This document shows, in pieces, positions 19,290 to 28,372 of a stretch of DNA of 64,000 nucleotides. Positions within the stretch are counted from its first letter, which is position 1; the number at the start of each line of letters is the position of its first letter. The translations under genes and the position numbers were made by a program. A model generated the notes under the pieces. It saw only the letters and a list, made by a program, of their open reading frames with translations. It did no database searches and was not told the origin of the DNA. This stretch comes from Bacteroidia bacterium (GTDB lineage: Bacteria > Bacteroidota > Bacteroidia > J057), in contig JANRLQ010000055.1 in the NCBI GenBank assembly GCA_033762375.1, forward strand, positions 1 through 64,000. The letters run 5' to 3'.

Positions 19290-20345
19290 TTAGCGAGGGC
19301 TGGGGTCGAAGACTTCCCGCCAGGTCTTGTGTCCCCGCAGGAAGTAGGCCCAGACGATGCTGCCCTGATATACCCCCGTCAGGGGCCAGCGGGGCGTGCC
19401 AGAGGCGTGAAGGGTCCTGCGCTGCCGGAGCCAGTATCCCAGTCGTCCAAACACGGCCCAGTGCGCCCGGAGGATGGCGACTGGGGTCTGCCAGTCGCGT
19501 TGCACGAGGGCACGTGCGGCCCAGACACCGTCCAGCAGCAGCCGGGCCAGGAATATAAACATCAGTTGGGGGGCAGGCAGGTTTTTGAGGAGGCAGATGA
19601 GGGAATTACGGGCGTTGAGGTAGGTTTTGCGGGGATTGGCGCGGGCGAGGGTACCCCCGCCTACATGCCAGACGACCGAAGCCGGTACACAGGCGATCTC
19701 ATACCCCCGGTTCCGGGCCCGCCAGCAGAAGTCTATCTCTTCCATGTGCGCAAAAAACGCCGCATCAAACAGCCCGATCTCCCGGATCACCTCCATCCGC
19801 ACGAGACAACAGGCCCCCGTCGCCCAAAAAACAGGCATTGTATCAGGATATTGGCCCTGATCGTGCTCTACCGTATCAAATATCCGCCCCCGGCAGAAGG
19901 GGTACCCCAGCAGGTCCATCCACCCTCCGGCAGCACCGGCGTACTCAAACTGGTCCTGTGCATGCCAGGCCCGGATCGCAGGCTGGACGGCGGCAGCCTC
20001 CGGGTGGGTATCCAGGTAGGCGGCGAGTGGCTCCAGCCAGCCCGGTGAGACAGCTACATCGCTGTTGACCAGGGCTACATACGGGGTCGTGACGTGGGGG
20101 ATGGCCCGGTTATTGCCTTCAGCAAACCCGTAATTCTGGTCCAGCGCCAGGGTGCGCACCTGCGGGAAGCGGGTATGCAGCAGGTCCAGGCTGGTGTCCG
20201 TGGACCCATTGTCGGCGACGAGTACCTCCAGGGCCGGATAGGTCGAGGCCACTACGCTGGGCAAAAACTGCTCCAGCAGGGCTGCTCCGTTCCAGTTGAG
20301 GATGACAGCGGTAACAGGGGTCATGTCAGGAGAGGCCAAGTGCAC
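19290..20345 (-). CDS. Glycosyltransferase family 2
   Basis: The N-terminal GT-A pattern is present (VTAVILNWNGAALLEQFLPSV...VLVADNGSTD...NYGFAEGNNRAI...VALVNSDVAV). Confidence 0.8.
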   Translation of the reverse strand: MHLASPDMTPVTAVILNWNGAALLEQFLPSVVASTYPALEVLVADNGSTDTSLDLLHTRFPQVRTLALDQNYGFAEGNNRAIPHVTTPYVALVNSDVAVSPGWLEPLAAYLDTHPEAAAVQPAIRAWHAQDQFEYAGAAGGWMDLLGYPFCRGRIFDTVEHDQGQYPDTMPVFWATGACCLVRMEVIREIGLFDAAFFAHMEEIDFCWRARNRGYEIACVPASVVWHVGGGTLARANPRKTYLNARNSLICLLKNLPAPQLMFIFLARLLLDGVWAARALVQRDWQTPVAILRAHWAVFGRLGYWLRQRRTLHASGTPRWPLTGVYQGSIVWAYFLRGHKTWREVFDPSPR

Positions 20346-20664
20346 TCAGGTCCAGGCCGGGGATATTGGGCATCATACCTTTGGTGACCCGCTCCAGCTC
20401 TTCGCGGCCCCGTACCTCAGCCTTGTCCAGGGCCTTGTTGACGGCGGCTGTGATGAGGTCGGCCATGAGCTCCGTATCGTTTTTGTCCACGACATCGGGG
20501 TCTATGGTCATCTTGAGGATACGGCGGTTGGCATTGGCGGTGACCCGCACCATACCGCCCCCGGCTTCAGCCTCTACGACAATGTCTTCGAGGGAGTCTT
20601 TGACTTCCTTCAGCCGTTTCTGCATATCCTGAAACCGGCCCATCATATCACCCAGATTAAACAT
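20326..20664 (-). CDS. ybaB: YbaB/EbfC family nucleoid-associated protein
   Basis: The ~110-aa protein matches the YbaB pattern (MFNLGDMMGRFQDMQKRLKEVKDSLEDIVVEAEAGGGMVRVTANANRRILKMTIDP...LITAAVNKAL). Confidence 0.8.
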   Translation of the reverse strand: MFNLGDMMGRFQDMQKRLKEVKDSLEDIVVEAEAGGGMVRVTANANRRILKMTIDPDVVDKNDTELMADLITAAVNKALDKAEVRGREELERVTKGMMPNIPGLDLSALGLS

Positions 20665-20706
20665 AAGCAGCAAATAATCAGATTCTTTTCAGTAACGAAA
20701 AACCCT

Positions 20707-20970
20707 TCAGGAGGTTTGGCCATGGCCATACCGGACTTTTTGGAGGCCGGTCGCAGCGTCTATCATCCGAAGCCAGGATACCCGTTCGCCGGTTTCCAGG
20801 GATTCGTAGGCGGGTCCTTCCGGGGTAGAGACAATCCGGCTTTGGCCCAGCGCGTACCGCAGGGCCGTCACCTCATCTCCTACATGCAGGAGCCTGCCGT
20901 CCAGATCAGCAAACCGGACTACCGGCTCCTCAGCCGGTTTGGCGCGTCGGGATTTCAGCCAGTCAAACAT
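20707..20970 (-). CDS. Small hypothetical protein
   Basis: An 88-109-aa ORF lying between the ybaB and LysM genes on the same strand. No motif recognised. Confidence 0.3.
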   Translation of the reverse strand: MFDWLKSRRAKPAEEPVVRFADLDGRLLHVGDEVTALRYALGQSRIVSTPEGPAYESLETGERVSWLRMIDAATGLQKVRYGHGQTS

Positions 20971-21085
20971 AAGGAAAGGTCTTTGGAGGCAAAGATACAC
21001 ATCTGCTGCGATCCTGCACACCTGCCGCCTAAACAAACGAGCCTGCCGCAGGGCAGGCTCTGGATACGCTATCAGCAGCGGCAGA

Positions 21086-21472
21086 TCAGAAATGTGGGAT
21101 CACCAGTTCCTGGCCTGGGTGGATCATGTTAGGATCTTTCAGGATGCCGGTGTTGGCATTAAAAATTTTCATGTAATCCTTGGCATGCTCGTCACCATAG
21201 TAGTGTTTGGCGATTTTGCTCAGGGAGTCACCAGATTTTACGGTGTGTTTGGCATACACAGACTCGTCTGCAATGGTGAGGTCCACCTGGATATCAGCTG
21301 GGGTCTGGCCACCGACTTCTTTGATTTTGTTCCAGAGGGAATCAAGGTGGTAGCGGTAAGCGGCTTTGCCACCTACTTTCAGGACACCGTTTTCTTCATT
21401 GACATATCCGTCAGCGATGCCGAGTTCTTTACCCAGTTCGAGAACTTCGTTGTATTTGGCTTGCAGGCTCAT
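21086..21472 (-). CDS. LysM peptidoglycan-binding domain protein
   Basis: A C-terminal LysM motif is present (HTVKSGDSLSKIAKHYYGD...YMKIFNANTGILKDPNMIHPGQELVIP). Confidence 0.7.
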   Translation of the reverse strand: MSLQAKYNEVLELGKELGIADGYVNEENGVLKVGGKAAYRYHLDSLWNKIKEVGGQTPADIQVDLTIADESVYAKHTVKSGDSLSKIAKHYYGDEHAKDYMKIFNANTGILKDPNMIHPGQELVIPHF

Positions 21473-21661
21473 GGAAAAAAGAGGTTAAGAGTTGATGTTT
21501 ATGGAGTGGCAAAGTACATATTTCAGGTTACCAAATCATTATGTAACCAATATTTGGAAGCCGGAAATCTGCAAAGTCACTTGATCGGGCCCGAAAAAGT
21601 GACATTTTTTTACCGGACTCCCTGCCACCCGCGATGGAAAGGCATGAGGCCCGCGAAAACA

Positions 21662-22972
21662 TCAGTTGGCATAAGCCAGGTCGGACACCTGTGGGACCTG
21701 TATGAGGTCGAGCCGCGCCTTCAGGCCAGCGGTCTCTGCCATAAACACAGGCAATTGTTCGGGTTTTAGCGGCTCGGCAGCGCCGGTATCCACGGTCAGG
21801 GGATTGACGGGCACCCCATTATGAAAAAACCGGAAATCCAGGTGAGGCCCCGTCGAGTGGCCGGAGGAGCCTACGTATCCGATGACTTGTCCCTGGATGA
21901 CCCGGGTGCCCGGACGGATGTCAGCCCCGTAGCGGGAGAGGTGGAGGTACTGGGTGGTGTAGGTGCCATTGTGCCGGACCTCGACCATGTGGCCTGCCCC
22001 GCCACTGTAGTGCGCTTTGGTGATGGTGCCATCGGCGACAGTATAGACCGGGGTTCCGATGGGGGCAGCATAGTCCACCCCGTGATGCGGGCGGTAGATT
22101 TTCAGGATCGGGTGGAGGCGGCTGTGCGAAAAGTGAGAACTGATCCGCACGTAGTCCAGGGGAGCCTTGAGGAAGGCCCGCCGCAGGCTGTTGCCCTGTG
22201 CGTCATAGTATTTATAGCCTTCGCCATTGTGCCAGCCGAGGGCGACACGTTCTTTGCCACCGTGATACATGGACGCCGCCAGGATGGTGCCGGTACCTAC
22301 GGTTTCACCCTGGACGCAGTACTGCTCGTAGATGACCTTAAACCAGTCTCCGGTCTGAATCTCAAAAAAATCCACCTCGGACTCCATGATCTGTGCCAGG
22401 GCAGAGACCAGCCCGGGGCTCCCGCCGGCTGAGGTCATGGCCACATACAGCGATGAGGTGATGATGCCTGAGATCTCCTGGCGTACCGTGTCCACGGGGT
22501 GGCTGCCTGCCTGGACGGCCAGGCTGTCTCCCAAGTGCATGACCACGTACCGTACCGGATCCACGTAGTAGATCAGGGCGCGGGCAGTCTGGGCAGAGTC
22601 CTGCTCATGGATGACGGTATAGGGTTGGTTGACCCGGAGTTTTCGGAAGTCAAATATCCCTGCAGCCATCTCGCTGAGGCGCTGCACGGTGGGCATGGAG
22701 ACATTGTAGCGGGAGAGGATACCGGCCAGGTTTTCATTGGACTGTACGACAGCCTGCACCACCTGGGTAGAATCCAGGGGGATACCATAGAGGTGTTGTG
22801 GCGTATGCGCAGTATTTTGCGTAGATTCGCCCCGGAAAAAATGGAACCGGTTCAGAACGGGTAAAACCGCTGCCTGATAGACCAAGACCCCGGCGATCAG
22901 CAACAGGGTAAAGCGCAGGTAGGGTGATTGCATGGGAATGAGCGTGGAGAATGTTCGGACAAACTTCGCCAT
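21662..22972 (-). CDS. M23 family metallopeptidase (peptidoglycan DD-endopeptidase-like)
   Basis: The canonical M23 motifs are present (HHGVDYAAPIGTPVYTVADG...VIGYVGSSGHSTGPHLDFRF). An N-terminal TM anchor is also seen. Confidence 0.85.
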   Translation of the reverse strand: MAKFVRTFSTLIPMQSPYLRFTLLLIAGVLVYQAAVLPVLNRFHFFRGESTQNTAHTPQHLYGIPLDSTQVVQAVVQSNENLAGILSRYNVSMPTVQRLSEMAAGIFDFRKLRVNQPYTVIHEQDSAQTARALIYYVDPVRYVVMHLGDSLAVQAGSHPVDTVRQEISGIITSSLYVAMTSAGGSPGLVSALAQIMESEVDFFEIQTGDWFKVIYEQYCVQGETVGTGTILAASMYHGGKERVALGWHNGEGYKYYDAQGNSLRRAFLKAPLDYVRISSHFSHSRLHPILKIYRPHHGVDYAAPIGTPVYTVADGTITKAHYSGGAGHMVEVRHNGTYTTQYLHLSRYGADIRPGTRVIQGQVIGYVGSSGHSTGPHLDFRFFHNGVPVNPLTVDTGAAEPLKPEQLPVFMAETAGLKARLDLIQVPQVSDLAYAN

Positions 22973-23053
22973 TGTCCGGCGAATTCCCAAATTTTTTGCC
23001 AGATTTGCCAGTAAAGGCCGTTTTTTTGCCAAAATTTAAAGTTTAGGGCCCTT

Positions 23054-24073
23054 ATGATTCTCCATAACCGCATCAACCGCGACGTACTCAAAGCTGCCAT
23101 GCAGGCCAGCCAGGAGGCCCGCAGGACGTTGTCGTTTTATAAATACCACCAGCTTCCGGACCCTCATGCTTTCCGGGACTATATGTATGAGGCTTATGCC
23201 CGCCTCGGGGTATTGGGGCGGGTGTATATAGCCAGAGAAGGGGTGAATGCCCAGATCAGTGTGCCGGAGCATCACTGGACTGCCTTCAAGGGCTGGATGG
23301 ATTCAGTGGATTTTCTGCGGGGCGTCCGGCTTAATATCGCTGTAGAAGATGATGGAAAGTCATTTTTTAAGCTAAAAATTAAGGTTCGGGCCAAAATTGT
23401 TGCAGATGGCCTGGATGATGCTGCTTTTGACTCGTCACAGTCCGGGACCCACCTGGATGCTGCAGCCTTTAATGAAATCACCAGCCGCCCCGAGACCCTC
23501 CTCGTGGACATGCGCAACCACTACGAGAGCGAGGTAGGACACTTTGAGGGGGCTATATGCCCTGATGTGGACACCTTCCGGGAGTCCCTGCCAGTGGTTG
23601 TCGAGATGCTGGCCCCCTACAGGGACCGTCCGGTGGTCATGTACTGCACCGGCGGTATCCGCTGCGAAAAAGCCAGTGCCTGGCTTCGCCACAATGGTTT
23701 CCAGGATGTGTATCAGCTCGACGGGGGCATCATCCAGTACGCCCGTCAGGTACAGGCCGAGGGCCTGCCCAATAAATTTAAGGGCACCAACTTTGTCTTT
23801 GACGAGCGCCTCGGCGAGCGGATCAGCGGTGAGATCATCGCGCACTGCCACCAGTGCGGCACCCCCTATGACCACCATGTCAACTGCCGCAATGTCGCCT
23901 GCAACCTGCTCTTCATCCAGTGCCCGTCCTGCGCGGAGGTACACGAGGGCTGCTGCTCACCTGCCTGTCAGGAAGTAATCCACCTGCCGGAAGACCTTCA
24001 GCGTGAGCGCCGCAAAGGCACTGATCCCGGCATCCGTATTTTCTCCAAGGGCCGCATCACCCGCAAAGGGTAG
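23054..24073 (+). CDS. trhO: Rhodanese-domain tRNA uridine(34) hydroxylase (YceA/UPF0176 family)
   Basis: The N-terminal pattern YceA-like (YMYEAYARLGVLGRVYIAREGVNAQIS) is followed by a rhodanese domain with the active-site Cys (VVMYCTGGIRCEKASAWL). A C-terminal Cys-rich segment is present. Confidence 0.8.
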   Translation: MILHNRINRDVLKAAMQASQEARRTLSFYKYHQLPDPHAFRDYMYEAYARLGVLGRVYIAREGVNAQISVPEHHWTAFKGWMDSVDFLRGVRLNIAVEDDGKSFFKLKIKVRAKIVADGLDDAAFDSSQSGTHLDAAAFNEITSRPETLLVDMRNHYESEVGHFEGAICPDVDTFRESLPVVVEMLAPYRDRPVVMYCTGGIRCEKASAWLRHNGFQDVYQLDGGIIQYARQVQAEGLPNKFKGTNFVFDERLGERISGEIIAHCHQCGTPYDHHVNCRNVACNLLFIQCPSCAEVHEGCCSPACQEVIHLPEDLQRERRKGTDPGIRIFSKGRITRKG

Positions 24074-24110
24074 GGGTCCTGCTGATTTCGGACGCGCCTG
24101 TATAGTTGTT

Positions 24111-24608
24111 ATGGTTGAGCTTTACCCTTATCACAGACTTGCCGTGCACTTCCCGGATACCTTCACCCCTGCCGAACTCGATACCCTGGCCAGCCTCGAT
24201 GGCAAAACCCTCCAGAAAGTGATTTACACCGTCTGGAAAAACCTCACCCCCGGAGGCGGGCAGTTTCAGGCCCTGGACTGGATCAGCCTGATCTGGTATG
24301 ACGGGGCACGGACGGACCTGCATGCCGTAGAAGACCAGCCGGGAATCCGGATAGAACCCCTCAACTACGGCCTGGAGCAGACCCGCGTCATACAGTCCCT
24401 GCCCGGACAAGTAGAGATGGAGCAGGTGGACATGACCTTTAGTCCGGTCTGGATGGGATTACAAGGTGTCTCGGTGACCAGCATCGGGCTGGAAGAGGTG
24501 GATGAGGACTTGTTTCGAAACGATGTGTTTCACCTGGAGTTTGAGGATACGACCATTGAGATCAGCCTGGGGGAGGCGGGGATGTCAGCCCGGCGGCTTG
24601 CCGTGTGA
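24111..24608 (+). CDS. Hypothetical protein
   Basis: A 166-aa ORF taken from the internal ATG at 24111. Coding-like composition. No motif recognised. Confidence 0.4.
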   Translation: MVELYPYHRLAVHFPDTFTPAELDTLASLDGKTLQKVIYTVWKNLTPGGGQFQALDWISLIWYDGARTDLHAVEDQPGIRIEPLNYGLEQTRVIQSLPGQVEMEQVDMTFSPVWMGLQGVSVTSIGLEEVDEDLFRNDVFHLEFEDTTIEISLGEAGMSARRLAV

Positions 24609-24756
24609 TGCCTTATTCCGGTTCCAACTTTGTGGATCGCAGGACGTCTTTTAGCTATCAGGTCCTTTCCGGCAGATCTTGCCCGGATTTCTGGCTATGA
24701 TTTCAAAAAAAAGTTGTTGATTACTGCTGAATCCACTCAACCGGCTTTTCTGGTGT

Positions 24757-25413
24757 ATGAATCCTTTTTTCCAGGCTGTTTTTGCCCCCTATAATTTGCC
24801 CTATACCCTGCTGTTATTGCTGTCGCTCTGCTACTGGCTCCTTGTAGTGGCAGGTGCGATAGACGGTCATGGCGGAGACCTGGATGCGGATGCAGACCTG
24901 GATCTGGATGCCGAGGCAGGTGTTGAGGCAGACCTGGAAGCTTCCGGTGCGCCCGGATGGGCTGCCAACATAGCAGCCTTTTTTAACATCGGCTCCGTAC
25001 CGCTGATGGTATTTATCACCCTGCTCACCCTCTCCATGTGGGCCCTGGCGATGATCGCCAACCTGTATCTGATACCCGACCCTGCGGGTTGGGCGGCCCT
25101 GGTGTTGTTTCCGGTGGTACTGGTCGTGTCCCTGTTTGTGGCGCGGCTGCTCTCCACGCCCTTCAAGGGCATGTATCGCCAGATGAATGAAGGGGGCATC
25201 TCCAAGCGCCAACTGGCCGGCAAAACCTGTGTGATCACCGTAGCCGTTGCGCCCGGACGCATCGGGCAGGCCGAGCTGACCTTTGAGGGGCATCATTTCC
25301 TCCTGAACGTCCGCACGGCCGATGATGAATCACTCGCGCGTGATACCGCTGCCCTGCTCGTAGAGTATGAGCCAGATACAGATTGTTTTGTGGTGACCCA
25401 GTTTGACGTTTGA
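24757..25413 (+). CDS. NfeD/YqiJ-like membrane protein (DUF1449-like): acidic N-terminal region, two TM helices, and a C-terminal OB-fold
   Basis: The N-terminal region has an acidic low-complexity stretch (DGHGGDLDADADLDLDAEAGVEADLEAS). Hydrophobic segments follow. The C-terminal beta-rich segment (GKTCVITVAVAPGRIGQAELTFEGHHFLLNV) resembles an NfeD OB-fold. The gene sits immediately upstream of the flotillin gene, as in yqiJ-yqiK. Confidence 0.6.
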   Translation: MNPFFQAVFAPYNLPYTLLLLLSLCYWLLVVAGAIDGHGGDLDADADLDLDAEAGVEADLEASGAPGWAANIAAFFNIGSVPLMVFITLLTLSMWALAMIANLYLIPDPAGWAALVLFPVVLVVSLFVARLLSTPFKGMYRQMNEGGISKRQLAGKTCVITVAVAPGRIGQAELTFEGHHFLLNVRTADDESLARDTAALLVEYEPDTDCFVVTQFDV

Positions 25414-25471
25414 TACTTCCGGCCCTGCTTAAGCTGTAAAAACCTTTGTATCCCCCTATATTTTTTCTCCC

Positions 25472-27637
25472 ATGATTCTCCAGATTTTATTGACAGTCGT
25501 GATCATCCTGGCCTCAGTGGTGATCGGCTATTTCCTGCTCATCGCCCTGTTTTACCGCAAAGTAACCCAGGGTAAAGCCATCGTGCGTACAGGCATGGGG
25601 GATACCCGTGTCAGCCTTAAGGGTATCTACGTCATTCCGGTCCTGCACAATGCGGAGGTGATGGATATCTCGCTCAAGCAGGTACAGCTCAGCCGTGAGG
25701 GCAAGGATGGGCTGATCTGTAAGGACAACCTCCGGGCAGACATCAAAGTCGCCTTTTTTGTGCGGGTGAGCCCCAATGAAGATGACATAAAAAAGGTCGC
25801 ACAGACCATCGGATGTGCCCGTGCTTCTGACCCTGAGTTGCTGCGCAGCCTGTTTGAGGCCAAGTTTTCAGAAGCGCTCAAAACAGTCGGCAAGCGGTTT
25901 GACTTCGTCGAACTCTACAGCACCCGTGAAGCCCTCAAGACAGAGCTGCTGCAGGTGATCGGCAAGGACCTCAACGGGTATATGCTGGACGATGCCGCGA
26001 TTGACTACCTGGAGCAGACTCCCTTGCAATTTCTTGACGAAAACAACATCCTCGACTCAGAGGGTATCAAAAAAATACGGGACCTCACCGCACGCCAGAT
26101 TACGGAGGCTAACAAAATCCAGCGGGACCGGGAGAAGGAAATCAAACGCCAGGATGTAGATGCACAGGAGGCCATCCTGCAACTGGAACGTCAGCTGGCA
26201 GAAAAACAGGAAGTACAGAAACGCGAGCTGGCTACAATCCGGGCACGGGAAGAGGCTGAAACACGACGTATCCAGCAGGAAGAGCTGACCAAGTCCGAGC
26301 GGGCCCGTATCGCACGCGAGCGGGAAATCAACATCGAGGAAGAAAACAAACTCCGGGACGTGATGGTCGCCCAAAAAGGAAAAGAACGCTCCGAAGCCAT
26401 TGAAAATGAGCGGGTACAGCGGGACCGGGAGCTGGAAGCCACAGAGCGGGAGCGCATTGTGTCCATTGCCCAGATAGCCAAAGAAAAAGCCCTGGAGGAA
26501 GAAAAGAAAAATATCCAGGACGTGATCCGGGACCGTGTGATGGTAGAAAGGGCCGTGGTGGAGGAAAAAGAAAAAATCAAAGACACGGAAGCCGTTGCGT
26601 CAGCTGAGCGGGTGAAAAAAGTAGCCCTGCTGGAGGCTGAACAAAAAGCCCAGGAGCAATTGGTCCAGACGATCAAAGCAGCAGAGGCGGCCAAAGCGGC
26701 AGCTGAGCTGGATGCACAGCGCCGTATCATCGAGGCCAATGCTGAGCGTGAAGCAGTGGACAAGGAGGCGGCTTCCCGCAAGATCATGGCAGACGCTATC
26801 GCCGAAGAAAATGCTGCCCTCGGCCTGTCTGAGGCACGTGTGATCGAGGCCAAGGCTGCCGCACATGAAAAAGAAGGTATGGTCGAGGTCTCGATCATGG
26901 AGCACAAAGCGGCGGCTGAGGCACGTGCCCTCCAGCTCAAAGGAGAGGCCAACGCCGGAGCCGAAAAAGCCCAGGGCCTCTCCATCGCCGCTGTCACCAT
27001 CGAAAAAGGCCTGGCTGATGCCAAAGTCCTCGAAGCCAAGGCCCTTGCCACCCAGCAGATGGGCCAGGCTGAAGCCCAGGTCATTGAGCTCAAGGCTGTT
27101 GCAGAAGCCAAAGGGATGGAGTCCAAAGCCGATGCCATGAAAAAAATGGACGGAATCGGACGCGACCACGAGGAGTTCAAACTCCGCCTCGAAAAAGAAA
27201 AAGCCGTGGACCTGGCCCGTATCAGCACCACTTCCGAGCTGGCAGCCGCCCAGGCAGGCGTATTGGCCGAGGCCCTGCGCGTAGCCAAGATCGAGATTAT
27301 CGGTGGCGAGCAGGCCTTTTTTGACCGGCTCTCCGGGGCTGTCGTTAATGCCCGGTACGTGGATCAGCTAATGGACAAGAGCCATCACCTCCAGGACTTC
27401 AAACAAGCCCTGCTCAGCTCAGATACCAGCGGCAATACCCTGATGAGCAGTATCAGCCAGTTTCTGAGCCAGTTTCCGGTGAGTCCTGAAGACTTAAAAA
27501 ACCTGAGCCTCACAGCCCTGATCGCCCGGCTGATGGCCCAGACCACGGACCCCGGCAAACTGGACGCACTGCGGCATATGCAGGGGCTGGCGACGGCCCT
27601 GGGCATCGGGGCGGAGGAGAAACCTGCTAACAAATAA
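25472..27637 (+). CDS. Flotillin family (SPFH/band 7) protein with a greatly extended Ala/Glu-rich coiled-coil
   Basis: An N-terminal TM is followed by an SPFH domain (KAIVRTGMGDTRVSLKGIYVIPVLHNAEVMDISLKQVQL). A ~450-aa coiled-coil with EA/KA repeats follows. At 721 aa it is longer than YqiK/FloT-like proteins. Confidence 0.85.
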   Translation: MILQILLTVVIILASVVIGYFLLIALFYRKVTQGKAIVRTGMGDTRVSLKGIYVIPVLHNAEVMDISLKQVQLSREGKDGLICKDNLRADIKVAFFVRVSPNEDDIKKVAQTIGCARASDPELLRSLFEAKFSEALKTVGKRFDFVELYSTREALKTELLQVIGKDLNGYMLDDAAIDYLEQTPLQFLDENNILDSEGIKKIRDLTARQITEANKIQRDREKEIKRQDVDAQEAILQLERQLAEKQEVQKRELATIRAREEAETRRIQQEELTKSERARIAREREINIEEENKLRDVMVAQKGKERSEAIENERVQRDRELEATERERIVSIAQIAKEKALEEEKKNIQDVIRDRVMVERAVVEEKEKIKDTEAVASAERVKKVALLEAEQKAQEQLVQTIKAAEAAKAAAELDAQRRIIEANAEREAVDKEAASRKIMADAIAEENAALGLSEARVIEAKAAAHEKEGMVEVSIMEHKAAAEARALQLKGEANAGAEKAQGLSIAAVTIEKGLADAKVLEAKALATQQMGQAEAQVIELKAVAEAKGMESKADAMKKMDGIGRDHEEFKLRLEKEKAVDLARISTTSELAAAQAGVLAEALRVAKIEIIGGEQAFFDRLSGAVVNARYVDQLMDKSHHLQDFKQALLSSDTSGNTLMSSISQFLSQFPVSPEDLKNLSLTALIARLMAQTTDPGKLDALRHMQGLATALGIGAEEKPANK

Positions 27638-27660
27638 CAAGATACCTCCCGCCCGATCTC

Positions 27661-28329
27661 ATGCCCAGAAGCACTGCCTGGTTCATACTGTTGCTGATGA
27701 CGGCCTGTGGCCGTCATCAGACCCTGTTTGACCGGAGTGCGCCGGAAGACCTGCCGCCCCAGCTCCGGGAACTGGCGATTGCTGCTGCTGCCTATGGAGA
27801 CCCATCGTATGTCCGGACCTATACCTTCACGGATGGTAACCAGCCGGTGCGGACTGAGGTTACCTGGCTCCGGCTCGATCCGGGCCAGCGTATCCGGCAG
27901 CGGGAGGTGTATCATGTATTTGACTCCCGCGCCCTGGACACCCGCGAGTACTACGTGACAGAGATGCGCCTGGACTTGCAAGATACCGTTTCCCGCCAGC
28001 TGTTTCTGGACTTCAGGATCGTGGCTGACCGGGATACGGCCCGTGTGGTGATCGCAGACCGGCAAGAGGTGCGGGTGAACCGGATTGATACCCTGGTTGT
28101 AGGAGGCGAGTCAGAGGTAGTGGCACGCCTGCTCGGATATGCACACGAGGGAGATGACCGCCCGGGCCACCACAAATATTGGTCCCCACGGTACGGCACA
28201 CTTCTCGTCTGGTATGGAAACGGAACCCGGCTCACCCTGACAGATGCCCCGCCTGCCCAGCGAGATCAGGCCCTGGCCCTCGTTGCGGCCGTAAGCGCCA
28301 CCCTTGATACAACCCTGACCGACCCTTGA
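27661..28329 (+). CDS. Lipoprotein, hypothetical
   Basis: A lipobox is present (FILLLMTACG). There are 23 bp downstream of the flotillin gene and 43 bp upstream of the giant ATPase gene. Confidence 0.5.
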   Translation: MPRSTAWFILLLMTACGRHQTLFDRSAPEDLPPQLRELAIAAAAYGDPSYVRTYTFTDGNQPVRTEVTWLRLDPGQRIRQREVYHVFDSRALDTREYYVTEMRLDLQDTVSRQLFLDFRIVADRDTARVVIADRQEVRVNRIDTLVVGGESEVVARLLGYAHEGDDRPGHHKYWSPRYGTLLVWYGNGTRLTLTDAPPAQRDQALALVAAVSATLDTTLTDP

Positions 28330-28372
28330 TGGTGACTTGAGCTGATGCACCGCTATTTTACCGCTTTTTTTC

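Noticed and set aside
20296-21132. A 278-aa plus-strand ORF spanning the ybaB and LysM region
   Set aside because: It is antisense to three well-supported minus-strand genes.
21540-21610. A hairpin plus T7 run (agtcactt...aagtgac ttttttt) between the LysM and M23 genes
   Set aside because: It is terminator-like only on the plus strand, whereas both flanking genes are on the minus strand. On the minus strand the hairpin lacks a U-tract. It is probably incidental.
26191-27288. A 365-aa ORF on the minus strand, and a 189-aa ORF at 26600-27169, inside the flotillin gene
   Set aside because: Both are Ala/Ser-rich low-complexity antisense translations of the EA-repeat coiled-coil region. The sense flotillin frame carries clear SPFH motifs.
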